From: an uncultured Candidatus Saccharibacteria bacterium | GTDB taxonomy: Bacteria > Patescibacteriota > WWE3 > UBA101185 > UBA10185 | Direction of reading: 5' to 3' | Assembly (NCBI GenBank): GCA_964615625.1 | Contig: CAZTQT010000001.1 | Coordinates: 12,438 to 76,437 of the forward strand | DNA: 64,000 nt | Shown here: positions 49,123 through 58,539 of the stretch, in pieces | Numbering within the stretch: position 1 is the stretch's first letter | How the letters are laid out: the number at the start of each line of letters is the position of its first letter | Notes under the pieces: generated by a model | Databases searched by the model: none | What the model saw: the letters and a program-made list of their open reading frames with translations, nothing else | Told to the model about the DNA's origin: nothing | Program-made: the position numbers and the translations under genes

Positions 49123-50139
49123 TTATTTTAATTCCCTTTCTTTTGAAAAGTTATCTAGTTTTTCAATAAAATTTATAATTTTTTCTTCAATATGATGCGA
49201 GCTGAGACCGTACTTATTTTTTAAATCCGCATAATCTCCAGATTCTCCAAATGTATCTTGAATACCTATTCTTAGAAGAGGGGAGGGTAGGTTTTCTGAT
49301 AAAAATTCAGAAATAGCCCCGCCTAAACCCCCTGTTATTTGATGCTCTTCTACAGTTACACATATTTTGGTTTTTCCAACTGACTCTAATATCTTTTCTT
49401 TATCAAGCGGTTTTATAGTTGGGGAGGCAATAAGTTCAGCATTTATTTTATATTTTGCTTTAAGATTTTTAACAGCAATTAAAGCTTCGTATGTTATAGC
49501 ACCACAAGATATAACAGTAACATCTGTTCCCTCCACAAGAGTATATGCTTTTCCTATCACAAAGGGAGTATCTTTGGTTGTTATATCAGGGGTTTCTGCT
49601 TTAGAGTATCTTAAATAAACAGGCCCGTTGTGTTTAGATACTTCAACGACCGCTTTTTTGGTTTGCTCGTAATCTATTGGGTTTATTACAGTCATGTTAG
49701 GAAGTACTCTCATAATAGCAATATCTTCAAGGGGTTGAGCTGATGCACCGTCTGGTCCGTTTGAAAATCCCTCATGAGATCCACATATTTTCACATTTAA
49801 ATTGTTCATGCAAATAGACAATCTTATTTGATCCCATCCTCTGTAAGTTAAAAAAACGGCATGGGATACTAGAAATGGGGTGTTTCCCTCTATAGCTAAT
49901 CCTGCTGACATGGAGCACATATTTTGTTCAGCTATGCCTGTTTGAATAAATCTGTCGGGGTATTTTTCTCCAAATTCTTTTAACTTTACCGATTCTGACA
50001 GATCGGCTACAAGAGCGATAATAGAGGTGTCTTTTCCTGCTAATTCGATTAATGTTTTTCCAAAGGCATCTCTTGGGGATCTTTTTTCAGAGTCCTCAAG
50101 AAAAACATCTTGGTTTAGTCTAAGTCTGTAGTTAAGCAT
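49123..50139 (-). CDS. Transketolase, C-terminal (pyrimidine-binding plus C-terminal domain) subunit
   Basis: Split-Tkt subunit B organisation; ...GIAEQNM...EGNTPF..., GPVYLR. Confidence 0.8.
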   Translation of the reverse strand: MLNYRLRLNQDVFLEDSEKRSPRDAFGKTLIELAGKDTSIIALVADLSESVKLKEFGEKYPDRFIQTGIAEQNMCSMSAGLAIEGNTPFLVSHAVFLTYRGWDQIRLSICMNNLNVKICGSHEGFSNGPDGASAQPLEDIAIMRVLPNMTVINPIDYEQTKKAVVEVSKHNGPVYLRYSKAETPDITTKDTPFVIGKAYTLVEGTDVTVISCGAITYEALIAVKNLKAKYKINAELIASPTIKPLDKEKILESVGKTKICVTVEEHQITGGLGGAISEFLSENLPSPLLRIGIQDTFGESGDYADLKNKYGLSSHHIEEKIINFIEKLDNFSKERELK

Positions 50140-50155
50140 AGGGCAGTAAAGAATT

Positions 50156-50740
50156 TTATTTACTATTTGTTACCTCGTTTGTTTCTTTGTTTTCTATTTC
50201 GGTATCATCACACATAATTACTTTTGTAATTTTATCAAAATCAATTCTGTAATTAGTTTTAGACAGAATAACCATATCTACTGCAATATTTTTATCTTTC
50301 TCCATATTGCAGTCTTTTTCTGGTACTGTTTCCTCAAATTCAATTAACATTTTCTTCTTTTCTTTATCCTCATATATTTTCTTTATTTTAATTTTTCTCC
50401 CTGTATCCTCGTTTGTGTTTGTGGAGACTGCAAGAACAATTTTTTTATCAAAATCAATTCTCTCTTTCACGGTTAAGAGGCCTGTTTTGTCTATTTTATT
50501 AAGAAATTCATTAAGCTCTTGTTCGCTAGTAATGACCTTTCTCTCTTTTTCCATATCCTCGTCTAAATATATTACCGTCGGAAAGCCTTCAATTCTTTGT
50601 ATCGTGGGGCCTTTATTAAACTTTGGGAGTTTTAATTCTCCTTTAAGTAGAAAATAACCAACCCCGAGCATAAGGCCTATTAAAACAACAATAGGCAGTA
50701 TACTTATTCTTAAAGACGCTTTTTGTCTATGATTCATCAT
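50156..50740 (-). CDS. Membrane-anchored hypothetical protein inserted between the two transketolase halves
   Basis: TM helix ISILPIVVLIGLMLGVGYFLL; Lys/Glu-rich remainder. Confidence 0.4.
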   Translation of the reverse strand: MMNHRQKASLRISILPIVVLIGLMLGVGYFLLKGELKLPKFNKGPTIQRIEGFPTVIYLDEDMEKERKVITSEQELNEFLNKIDKTGLLTVKERIDFDKKIVLAVSTNTNEDTGRKIKIKKIYEDKEKKKMLIEFEETVPEKDCNMEKDKNIAVDMVILSKTNYRIDFDKITKVIMCDDTEIENKETNEVTNSK

Positions 50741-50750
50741 TTTATTCCTC

Positions 50751-51596
50751 CTAAATTATAGAACTAAGTTCCTCTTTAGCTTGAACGGCCTCCATTTTAT
50801 TAGGGACCTTTCCATGCCATTGGTATTTGTTCTTCATAAAATCTACACCCTCTCCAGGTATTGTATTTGCAATTATTACAGTAGGACGATGTGTCACTGA
50901 TTTCGCTATGTTACAGGCAGATATTATTTCTTCTATGTTATGGCCGTTTATTTCTAAAACATGCCAGTTGAAACTTTCAAGTTTGTCTTTTAAATTTTCT
51001 AAGGGCATTATATCTTCTGTATTGCCGTCGCTTTGTATTTTATTCCTATCTATTATCCACGTTATATTATCAATTTTTTTATTTGGAGCAAACATAGCTG
51101 CTTCCCACACCTGACCTTCATTTATTTCCCCATCCCCAGTTATGCAGTATACCCTGTAGTTTTGGTTAGATATTTTTGATGATATTGCCACCCCAAGCGC
51201 TTGAGATAACCCCTGACCTAGAGATCCACTGGTGTTTTCTATTCCGGGTAGAGAATTAATCTTGGGATGTCCTTGTAAATTAGAATTTAATTTTCTTAAT
51301 TCCCATAACTCTGTTTTTGGGAAAAAACCTCTTTCTGAGAGGGTTGCGTACCAGATAGGGCATATATGGCCATTTGATAAGAAAAGCCTATCCCTATCCT
51401 TTTTGTTTGGGTTCTTAGGATCTATGTTTAACACATTAAAATAAAGAGATGTGAATATTTCTGCAGTACCCAAAGAACCAGCGGTGTGCCCAGATTTTGC
51501 TTCAGTTAACATGTCTATAACAGTTTGTCTAAGTTTGTTAGATATTTTATACAGTGTGTCTGTGTCTGGATTGTTGCCTGTTTTTTCAGTGGACAT
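50751..51596 (-). CDS. Transketolase, N-terminal (TPP-binding) subunit
   Basis: GHTAGSLG, ITGDGEINEGQVWEA thiamine-binding motif. Confidence 0.8.
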   Translation of the reverse strand: MSTEKTGNNPDTDTLYKISNKLRQTVIDMLTEAKSGHTAGSLGTAEIFTSLYFNVLNIDPKNPNKKDRDRLFLSNGHICPIWYATLSERGFFPKTELWELRKLNSNLQGHPKINSLPGIENTSGSLGQGLSQALGVAISSKISNQNYRVYCITGDGEINEGQVWEAAMFAPNKKIDNITWIIDRNKIQSDGNTEDIMPLENLKDKLESFNWHVLEINGHNIEEIISACNIAKSVTHRPTVIIANTIPGEGVDFMKNKYQWHGKVPNKMEAVQAKEELSSII

Positions 51597-51892
51597 TATT
51601 AAAAGTATATCACGATATTGGCTGCCTAATGTTTAGTTTTATTTTGACTTATAGGCTTTGAAATGTTAAAATCTCTAAAGCGTGGTTGGCTTTTGGTGTT
51701 GTTGGGGTTGCTGCCATTCATCCCCACTCCTTACTCAGTTTTAAATATTAAAGCTGGGGTTTTCAACACCTTCCAATCCCCACATGCTCCAGTTAGCCAT
51801 GTTTACGGTAGTTACAGACAGATCCAAAATTAGGGTTTGTTTTATCAATCGTTACATGGCTAATCTTTTATATCAATCAGTTGTTTTAGTTT

Positions 51893-52489
51893 TTAATCCT
51901 TGTAAATACTGTCTTCTATGGATTTTATATAATCAAGAACTTCTTGTGGGGTAGTGCATATTTCAAGTATTTCTGTCTCACCACCTCTTACTGTCATATT
52001 TTCATCTATTGCTTTCAAGATGCCATTCCAATGTTCTCCAAAAAGTATTATTGGCTTGTTATTTGGCTCATGTATGTAAGAATTTTCCCAAGACATGCCA
52101 AACTCACTTAGAGTTCCAATGCTTCCCCTAAATATTACATGTATATCAGATGTTTGGAGCATAACTTTTGTTCTATCAAAGTAATCAAGAGTTTTTACTT
52201 CAAGATCAAATTTGTTTTCTGGATCTACGCCCTCAAAATGTCTTTTTGGTTTATTTGGATGGTATGTTACTGCAAGTACCCCAGCACCTCCTTCGTGTGC
52301 ACCCTCAGTTGACGCTCTCATAACCCCAGGACCACCACCATTAACAATCCCATATCCGTTTTTGGCAAGTAGTTTTGCTGTAGCTTTAGCTTGTATGTAA
52401 GGTTCATCGTTTTCATTCCACGCAGCACCGCCTAAAAAACAGACCATTAAAGGCCTTCTACTGTTTTTGTTTATTGTTGTTTTTTCCAT
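51893..52489 (-). CDS. LOG-family (TIGR00730) nucleotide-binding protein
   Basis: VCFLGGAA, GGGPGVM, RGSIGTLSEF (PGGxGTxEE-like). Confidence 0.7.
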   Translation of the reverse strand: MEKTTINKNSRRPLMVCFLGGAAWNENDEPYIQAKATAKLLAKNGYGIVNGGGPGVMRASTEGAHEGGAGVLAVTYHPNKPKRHFEGVDPENKFDLEVKTLDYFDRTKVMLQTSDIHVIFRGSIGTLSEFGMSWENSYIHEPNNKPIILFGEHWNGILKAIDENMTVRGGETEILEICTTPQEVLDYIKSIEDSIYKD

Positions 52490-52491
52490 AA

Positions 52492-53154
52492 TTACCTTTC
52501 TTCCAAAATTTTTAGAAATTCCAACATTTCATCCTTGGGATTACTAGTATTAAATATTGCTGAACCAACTACCACATTGTCAACCCCTGATTTTAATATC
52601 TCATATATATTTTGTTTGTTTACGCCCCCATCTATTTGTGTTTTTATGTTAGGAAATTCTTCTTTAAAAATTGATATTTTTTGAATGACTTCTGGTATAA
52701 ATTTGTTTCCCTGTTTACCAGGTATAACTCCCATAAATTGGACCAGTGATATTCTTTCTAAAATTGGTTTGAGTAGAGATGAGTCTTGGTCATAATTTAT
52801 AGATATTCCTGAAATGTAGTTAAATTTTTCACATACATCAAAAAAAGAATTTAAATCGCCCTCATTAACAAATTGGGTAATGAAAGTGTTCACAACCTTC
52901 TTTTTTATCGCCATATCTAGGCAGGATTTTTCATATTTCTCCACAAAATCAGCTGGTTTTTCTACCATTAGGTGTATTGATATGTTTGCAGATGTGTCTA
53001 GTTCGTTAAGCTTGGGAAGGTCCGTAAATGTTTCTTCTTTTATTAAAGTATTATCAAGTACATCTACTTGCACTTCTTTAGACAAATCTTCAACTACTCC
53101 AATTCTTTTTTGTATCTCACTGAAATCTTTTTCAAGAATTGCAGGTATTATCAT
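52492..53154 (-). CDS. rpe: Ribulose-phosphate 3-epimerase
   Basis: MIIPAIL, HLMVEKP, QIDGGV, TIM-barrel length. Confidence 0.75.
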   Translation of the reverse strand: MIIPAILEKDFSEIQKRIGVVEDLSKEVQVDVLDNTLIKEETFTDLPKLNELDTSANISIHLMVEKPADFVEKYEKSCLDMAIKKKVVNTFITQFVNEGDLNSFFDVCEKFNYISGISINYDQDSSLLKPILERISLVQFMGVIPGKQGNKFIPEVIQKISIFKEEFPNIKTQIDGGVNKQNIYEILKSGVDNVVVGSAIFNTSNPKDEMLEFLKILEER

Positions 53155-53600
53155 TTTTCCTCTTCCTCAAATGATGCAAGTTTGACCAATCTTCTTATAT
53201 GTCTTTCTTCTCCGGAGAAATTTGTTGTCAACCATCTTTGTACCGTGATAAGAGCCTCTTCTTTTGTTATGTAATCAGCAGGTAATGCTAAAACATTTGC
53301 CCCATCATCATTTCTGGTAGACGCTGCATGTACTGGATTCCAAGATAATGCCGCTCTGACACCATCAAACTTATTTGCAGCTATGCTTATTCCCACCCCG
53401 TTTGCACATATAACAATACCCATGTTTTCAGGATTTTCTTGAATCTTTTCTGCTACAATCTTCGCATAGTCAGGATAATCGTCCTCAGGGTTTATATCTT
53501 TTGGCCCTAAATCCTCTATATGAATATCATCTTTTTCTAACTCTTCCACCAAAAATTTTTTAAGTTCAAATCCTCGGTGATCTGAAGATATGTAAATCAT
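53151..53600 (-). CDS. rpiB: Ribose-5-phosphate isomerase B
   Basis: IYISSDHRGFELK, GIVICANGVGISIAANK. Confidence 0.85.
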   Translation of the reverse strand: MIYISSDHRGFELKKFLVEELEKDDIHIEDLGPKDINPEDDYPDYAKIVAEKIQENPENMGIVICANGVGISIAANKFDGVRAALSWNPVHAASTRNDDGANVLALPADYITKEEALITVQRWLTTNFSGEERHIRRLVKLASFEEEEK

Positions 53601-54439
53601 TTACTTTTCCTAACTTTATAAAAAATAAATAAAGCAATTATTATATTAAGTATAGATATACATTGAGATACATTCAAGGAAACACTGTTGCCAAGAGATA
53701 TTTCCCATTGTTCTATTCTTATGAAATCTAAGAAAAATCTTATCATCGAGTATCCAAAAAGGTATGAAGCCACAAAAAAGCCTTTTCCCAAGTATTTTTC
53801 TTTATGTTTTTTGTATAAGAAAATCATTACAACGAATAGCAAAAGACATAAAATTGATTCATACAAAAATAAAGGATGAAAGTTTGAGGAAGTAGAGAAG
53901 TTATCGGGTCTATTTTTTGGTTCCACAAACATTCCCCAAGGGAGTTTCGTTGGTAGACCTAAGATTTCTTTATTAAAAAAATTTCCCCACCTTCCTATTG
54001 CTTGTCCAAGTGGAATTGATATTGAAATTTTGTCTAGCCAAGAAATAATTTTTTGTTTTTTACCTTTTAGGTATAAAGAGGATCCTATAATGCCTCCAAA
54101 AATACCTCCCCATATTCCAAGCCCACCCTTCCATATCTTAAAAATCTCTAACAAGTTGTTTTCATAATATGTCCAGAAATCAAAAACATGGTAAAAACGT
54201 GCTCCAACTATACCGCACAAAATTAACCAGAAACACATTCCCCACATAATATCTTCGTCTTTTTTGTCTATTAGAGAACGAAGAATTAGTATTGAAAAAA
54301 ATATAGATAAACTTATTGTGATTCCGTATATACTCAACACTATATTAGGAAAAGACAAGCGATCAATATTGCTAAAAGAACAATAATAAATAACAAGACA
54401 GAAGATTTTTTGGGAGTAACTTTTAAGGCCCAAAACCAC
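53597..54439 (-). CDS. lgt: Prolipoprotein diacylglyceryl transferase (start uncertain; the ORF overlaps the upstream gene by 100 nt)
   Basis: Lgt signature GRWGNFFNKE, multiple TM helices, LGIWGGIFGG. Confidence 0.7.
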   Translation of the reverse strand: MVLGLKSYSQKIFCLVIYYCSFSNIDRLSFPNIVLSIYGITISLSIFFSILILRSLIDKKDEDIMWGMCFWLILCGIVGARFYHVFDFWTYYENNLLEIFKIWKGGLGIWGGIFGGIIGSSLYLKGKKQKIISWLDKISISIPLGQAIGRWGNFFNKEILGLPTKLPWGMFVEPKNRPDNFSTSSNFHPLFLYESILCLLLFVVMIFLYKKHKEKYLGKGFFVASYLFGYSMIRFFLDFIRIEQWEISLGNSVSLNVSQCISILNIIIALFIFYKVRKSK

Positions 54440-54924
54440 TCTTTAATATCTCCTTCAAAGTAACATTCTATTAATCTATAGATAGAATTTGCAAGCATTG
54501 ATAGAACGAAAGTTTTTGCAAAGTAAGATTTGGTGGAGTAGGAGACAAACAAAGCTACTGGTACAAGAATCATTTGAAAAAGCGCACTGTTTAGTGATTT
54601 CTCTTTGACGTCATCTCTGTGCTCGTTTATAAAAGCTATTAATCCTCCAGTATCTTTACTTTTTATATAACCAAAAACAGATATTGCAAAACTGCTATTA
54701 GGTTCAAACATATAGGAGTAGAGAATATACTCCAAATCTAGCACAAACGCTCCCATTAAAACTCCAGATAGTATTTCAAATATTTCAAAGGGTTTTTTTA
54801 CCACCCCAAGTGCGGCTACCATTATTCCTAAAGTAACAGATATAAGAAGAGGGAGTTTATAGTATGTAAATATTTTCTTTATCATTTGTACTTTAATGAT
54901 ACTATTTAGATTTTTCACTTCCAA
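54340..54924 (-). CDS. Polytopic membrane protein, hypothetical
   Basis: Five to six hydrophobic helices; no motif. Confidence 0.4.
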   Translation of the reverse strand: MEVKNLNSIIKVQMIKKIFTYYKLPLLISVTLGIMVAALGVVKKPFEIFEILSGVLMGAFVLDLEYILYSYMFEPNSSFAISVFGYIKSKDTGGLIAFINEHRDDVKEKSLNSALFQMILVPVALFVSYSTKSYFAKTFVLSMLANSIYRLIECYFEGDIKEWFWALKVTPKKSSVLLFIIVLLAILIACLFLI

Positions 54925-55222
54925 TACTTTGTTTTTTCTCTTTTTCCTTGTTTTCTCGTTCTTTTTTAATTTGTCCTACTTTCCACATAAACAAACGCCC
55001 TTTTGTTGTTGCGTTCTTTGAGTTTAGTACTGATATCCTTGCTTCCTCAAGAATGTTCCTATCCTCATTTTTTGCTAGTTTTATGTACAGTGTTCTGTGT
55101 CTCACGTCTCCTAGCTCTTCAGCCAACTTATTGCCATAGGCTTGAAATTCATGAGAGCATCTATAGTCTCTCCCCATTTTTTTGCTATTTATTATGTCAG
55201 ATATACTTTTTGGATTTGCCAT
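54902..55222 (-). CDS. Small basic hypothetical protein
   Basis: 106-aa ORF, Lys/Glu-rich tail; abuts the ligase gene. Confidence 0.35.
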   Translation of the reverse strand: MANPKSISDIINSKKMGRDYRCSHEFQAYGNKLAEELGDVRHRTLYIKLAKNEDRNILEEARISVLNSKNATTKGRLFMWKVGQIKKERENKEKEKKQSIGSEKSK

Positions 55223-57016
55223 TTATTTTCTTTGGTTTTTATGAATTTTCTTAATTTCTTCAACTGTTGTAGCATCTTGTGGCTTTTTATCATGTCTAAA
55301 TTTTATTAATCTTGGAAACCTTAAAGCGTATTTTGCTGTATGTGACGGAGAAACGCTTATCTCATCGGCACCTATTTCAACTACAAGTTCTGGGCTTACT
55401 ATAACATCAGGTGTGAACATTTTAGTAACATCAACATTCTTAGGTAATTCTTTTATTTTTATCTTATCGCAGGCTGCTTTTAGTACCTTTAAATCATCTT
55501 CTGTTAGACCTGTCCCTATCTTTGAAACAGTTTTAAAAGTGTTGGTTTTTTCATCAAAAACGCCAGCTAGAAAACCCCCTATCCCAAATTTTGATCTGAC
55601 CCCCTTGCCGTAGTAATAGCCTAAAACTACACAATCTACAGTATCAGAAAGGAGCTTTTGATCAGCAGTTTTATACTTTATCCACGAATACGATCTGGCC
55701 CCAGCTTGGTACGGGTCTTCTGGGGTTTTAACCACAATCCCTTCCAACCCTTTATTTTTTGCAATTTCAAAATACTCTTCTAATTTTTCAAATTCCGTTG
55801 TTTCAAGATGTTCATCTACTTCAATCACATTTCCTGTTTTTATGACAGAGGAGAGTAGTTTTCTTCGTTCAGAGAGCGGTTTGTGTGCTATGGATTCTCC
55901 GTTTAAATACAGAAGATCAAATACAAAATATTTAAGAGGAATGTTTTTTGCTGCTTCAGAAATGTTATATTTCCTTTTCCTCTGTATTGTCTCTTGAAAA
56001 GGTAGAAATTCTCCTGTTTCTTTGTTGTATCCAATTCCCTCGCCGTCTAATATAGCGGAATTTGCATTTATTTGTATTTTTGCAGCTTCTATAATCTCTG
56101 GATATTGATGGGTTGTCTCTTCTAAATTTCTTGTATATGTTTTTACCAGTGTTTCATCTTTTACACCGCTAAACAAACTTCCCTGGGGTTTGTTATCACT
56201 GTTACGTTTCTCATCATAATTACCTTTTTTGGCAAAATGAAGTTGTACTCTTGTACCATCAAACTTAAATTCGGCCCAAACGTTATCTATTCTTTCCATA
56301 ATTTCTTCCATCCCGCTCACCCTTTGGGCTTTTTGTGATAAAACAGGAACCCCTATTTCCATTTCTATACCATCAATTCCTTTTATCCCATCGCTTTTTA
56401 TTTTTTTAGCTATTAAACCTATATCTGGGTGTATGTTGTATTTATTTTCTATTTTTTTAGCTAGGGATTTATCATTTAAAAAATTGGCCAGCGCAACTAT
56501 TATTGTTAATTCTGTAAATCCAAGCCTCATTGTTCCTAAAATTATTCTTGTTATATGTTTGGCCGATAAGGCATCTACGTCTTTTATCAGATTTGATATT
56601 TTAGTTATTTTTGCTTCTTGTGATCCAGAACCTTCAATTTGGGATATATCTATAAGTTTGGAATATACTTCAGATATAGTTGGATTTTTGCTGGTTTCAT
56701 CGTTTTTTTTAAATTCAAAAACAACATTTCCTAGATCCCCTGTTTGTGCATATAGATTTTGAATATTATCTTTTATATCTGGATTTTTAGCAGTGGAGAA
56801 GGATTGTTCAAGGACTCTAAACATCATTCTATCTGCAATGTTGAATTTTATTCCCTCAAACTGCGCCCCAATATAACCAGAAGCCAAGTATATAGCCTTG
56901 TCAGTTTCTTCAACATCCAGGTTTTTGATTAAATCTGAAAGTATATCAACCATCTCTAATCTTTTTGTGGTGTCTTCTAGTTTTTGAAGATACTTTGATA
57001 GCTCACTAAATCTCAT
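55223..57016 (-). CDS. ATP-dependent DNA ligase (Lig1-like: DBD-NTase-OB)
   Basis: Motif I KFDGTR, motif IV FDLLYLNGE, motif V EGIVVK, motif VI-region WIKYK; 597 aa. Confidence 0.85.
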   Translation of the reverse strand: MRFSELSKYLQKLEDTTKRLEMVDILSDLIKNLDVEETDKAIYLASGYIGAQFEGIKFNIADRMMFRVLEQSFSTAKNPDIKDNIQNLYAQTGDLGNVVFEFKKNDETSKNPTISEVYSKLIDISQIEGSGSQEAKITKISNLIKDVDALSAKHITRIILGTMRLGFTELTIIVALANFLNDKSLAKKIENKYNIHPDIGLIAKKIKSDGIKGIDGIEMEIGVPVLSQKAQRVSGMEEIMERIDNVWAEFKFDGTRVQLHFAKKGNYDEKRNSDNKPQGSLFSGVKDETLVKTYTRNLEETTHQYPEIIEAAKIQINANSAILDGEGIGYNKETGEFLPFQETIQRKRKYNISEAAKNIPLKYFVFDLLYLNGESIAHKPLSERRKLLSSVIKTGNVIEVDEHLETTEFEKLEEYFEIAKNKGLEGIVVKTPEDPYQAGARSYSWIKYKTADQKLLSDTVDCVVLGYYYGKGVRSKFGIGGFLAGVFDEKTNTFKTVSKIGTGLTEDDLKVLKAACDKIKIKELPKNVDVTKMFTPDVIVSPELVVEIGADEISVSPSHTAKYALRFPRLIKFRHDKKPQDATTVEEIKKIHKNQRK

Positions 57017-57066
57017 GGGCTTATTATATCCTAAGGTGTGAGAAATTTTATTATTCTTAATATAAG

Positions 57067-58059
57067 CTACTTAAGCTCGTATCTAGATGATTTAGTACTT
57101 CCAGTCTTTTGCACAATGCCTGCATCTATCAGAGACTTTAAATCTCTTAAAACAGTATCTTCTGATATATCAGGAAAAATTCTGGAAAAATCTTTGTTTT
57201 GTAACACTCCGTAATCCTGCATGTACTCTATAATTCTTTCCTGTCTTGTGCTTACTTTTGTTCTCCCTGTAGCCTTTGCAATCTTTGTATCTTTGGCTAA
57301 TAATTTAACGTTTTGTGAAACAGTTGAAACTTCTGAGGCCAGTGCTTCCGTAAAATATTCCAACCATTCTGTTAAATCTTGATCAGAGTGGTTTATGGAA
57401 TCAAGAGAATTTCTATAATCAGCCTTAGTATTTTTGTAGTAATTTTCAATTGATATTAAATCCCTAAAACCATACCCTGATGTTTTTAAGCACACGTACG
57501 TCATTAAATTAGCTGTGGTGCTGTTCATTTCTTCAAATGGGTGTATTTTTTCTAAACATGCTTTCATTATCCCAGCCGTTATAATCTTATGAGTTTCTTT
57601 TGCATCCAGACTGTTGTGCCAATCAAAAAGGCTTACCACTTGGGCTAATATTTCTTCAGGTTTTGTTTTTCCTACCATTTTTGACCCTCTGTAAGAACCT
57701 TGTTTGATTTTTGGTACAAGACCATCAGTAAGGGTTTTATGGATGTATTTTAAATCCACTTCTTCAAAATCTCTGTTTTTTGAAATATCGTTAGCTAGGT
57801 AAACGCTTTTAATAATATTTAGGGTTTCTCTGTCAGGAGTTTGGTTTATATTCTCAACGCACTCTTTTATTAATTGTTGGTTTGTGTTTATTCCTAATAA
57901 TTGTAAAGATCCGTAAACTATTTTAACAACAGCATCTTTTTTAAGTTGAGATTCCCAAGAGGGGAGTATTGTGGTGTTTTCTATGACAGACTTTCCGTAC
58001 TCAATTACGGCTATATTATTGAGAGTTTTTGAGGTGATAGAGTATTCAGGAAAGTACAT
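57067..58059 (-). CDS. Fic/DOC-family protein with a degenerate active-site motif and a C-terminal wHTH
   Basis: HPFEEMNSTTANL in place of canonical HPFx[DE]GNGR. Confidence 0.55.
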   Translation of the reverse strand: MYFPEYSITSKTLNNIAVIEYGKSVIENTTILPSWESQLKKDAVVKIVYGSLQLLGINTNQQLIKECVENINQTPDRETLNIIKSVYLANDISKNRDFEEVDLKYIHKTLTDGLVPKIKQGSYRGSKMVGKTKPEEILAQVVSLFDWHNSLDAKETHKIITAGIMKACLEKIHPFEEMNSTTANLMTYVCLKTSGYGFRDLISIENYYKNTKADYRNSLDSINHSDQDLTEWLEYFTEALASEVSTVSQNVKLLAKDTKIAKATGRTKVSTRQERIIEYMQDYGVLQNKDFSRIFPDISEDTVLRDLKSLIDAGIVQKTGSTKSSRYELK

Positions 58060-58097
58060 AAAATAATTATCGCATATTTACCGCAAATTAAATATGG

Positions 58098-58487
58098 ATG
58101 TATTTAATTGTGTTATACTGTCCAAAATTATTAAAAAGTAAGCAAAAGGAGAGAAAAATGTTAGAAGAACAAATCGTTACTGTTGGTCCTGTAGGTAAGC
58201 ACATGGGATTGCTTGTTATTGTTTTAGCAAAAAGAAAAGAAGATTTGGATGGAGATGTTGTAACTTTGTTTATCTCTGGTAGAGAAGTAGTGAGCAGCGG
58301 TGTGTTACCACATCCAAATGAGATATCTCTTATCAGAGATAAGAATTTAGTAAGTTCTGTCTCAGGACAAGGGATTGGTTATGCTTGGTTTGATATAGAC
58401 CTCTCAACCATATCAAGCAAAAATGATATTTCCATAGTAATGTCAAACGGAGATACGAAGAAATCTCCTGTTAGAATCTGTATTTAA
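58098..58487 (+). CDS. Hypothetical protein (likely start MLEEQIV at 58158 after AAGGAGAGAAAA)
   Basis: ORF with a good SD upstream of the internal Met. Confidence 0.35.
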   Translation: MYLIVLYCPKLLKSKQKERKMLEEQIVTVGPVGKHMGLLVIVLAKRKEDLDGDVVTLFISGREVVSSGVLPHPNEISLIRDKNLVSSVSGQGIGYAWFDIDLSTISSKNDISIVMSNGDTKKSPVRICI

Positions 58488-58502
58488 AAAGTAGTTTTGA
58501 AC

Positions 58503-58539
58503 AAGCCTCCAATAAGAAATTTTTGGAGGCTTTCTTATT
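58503..58539. terminator. Hairpin between the convergent 58098-58487 ORF and recF
   Basis: AAGCCTCCAA...TTGGAGGCTT 10-bp stem with an alternative AATAAGAAA/TTTCTTATT pairing; T-run. Confidence 0.5.
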
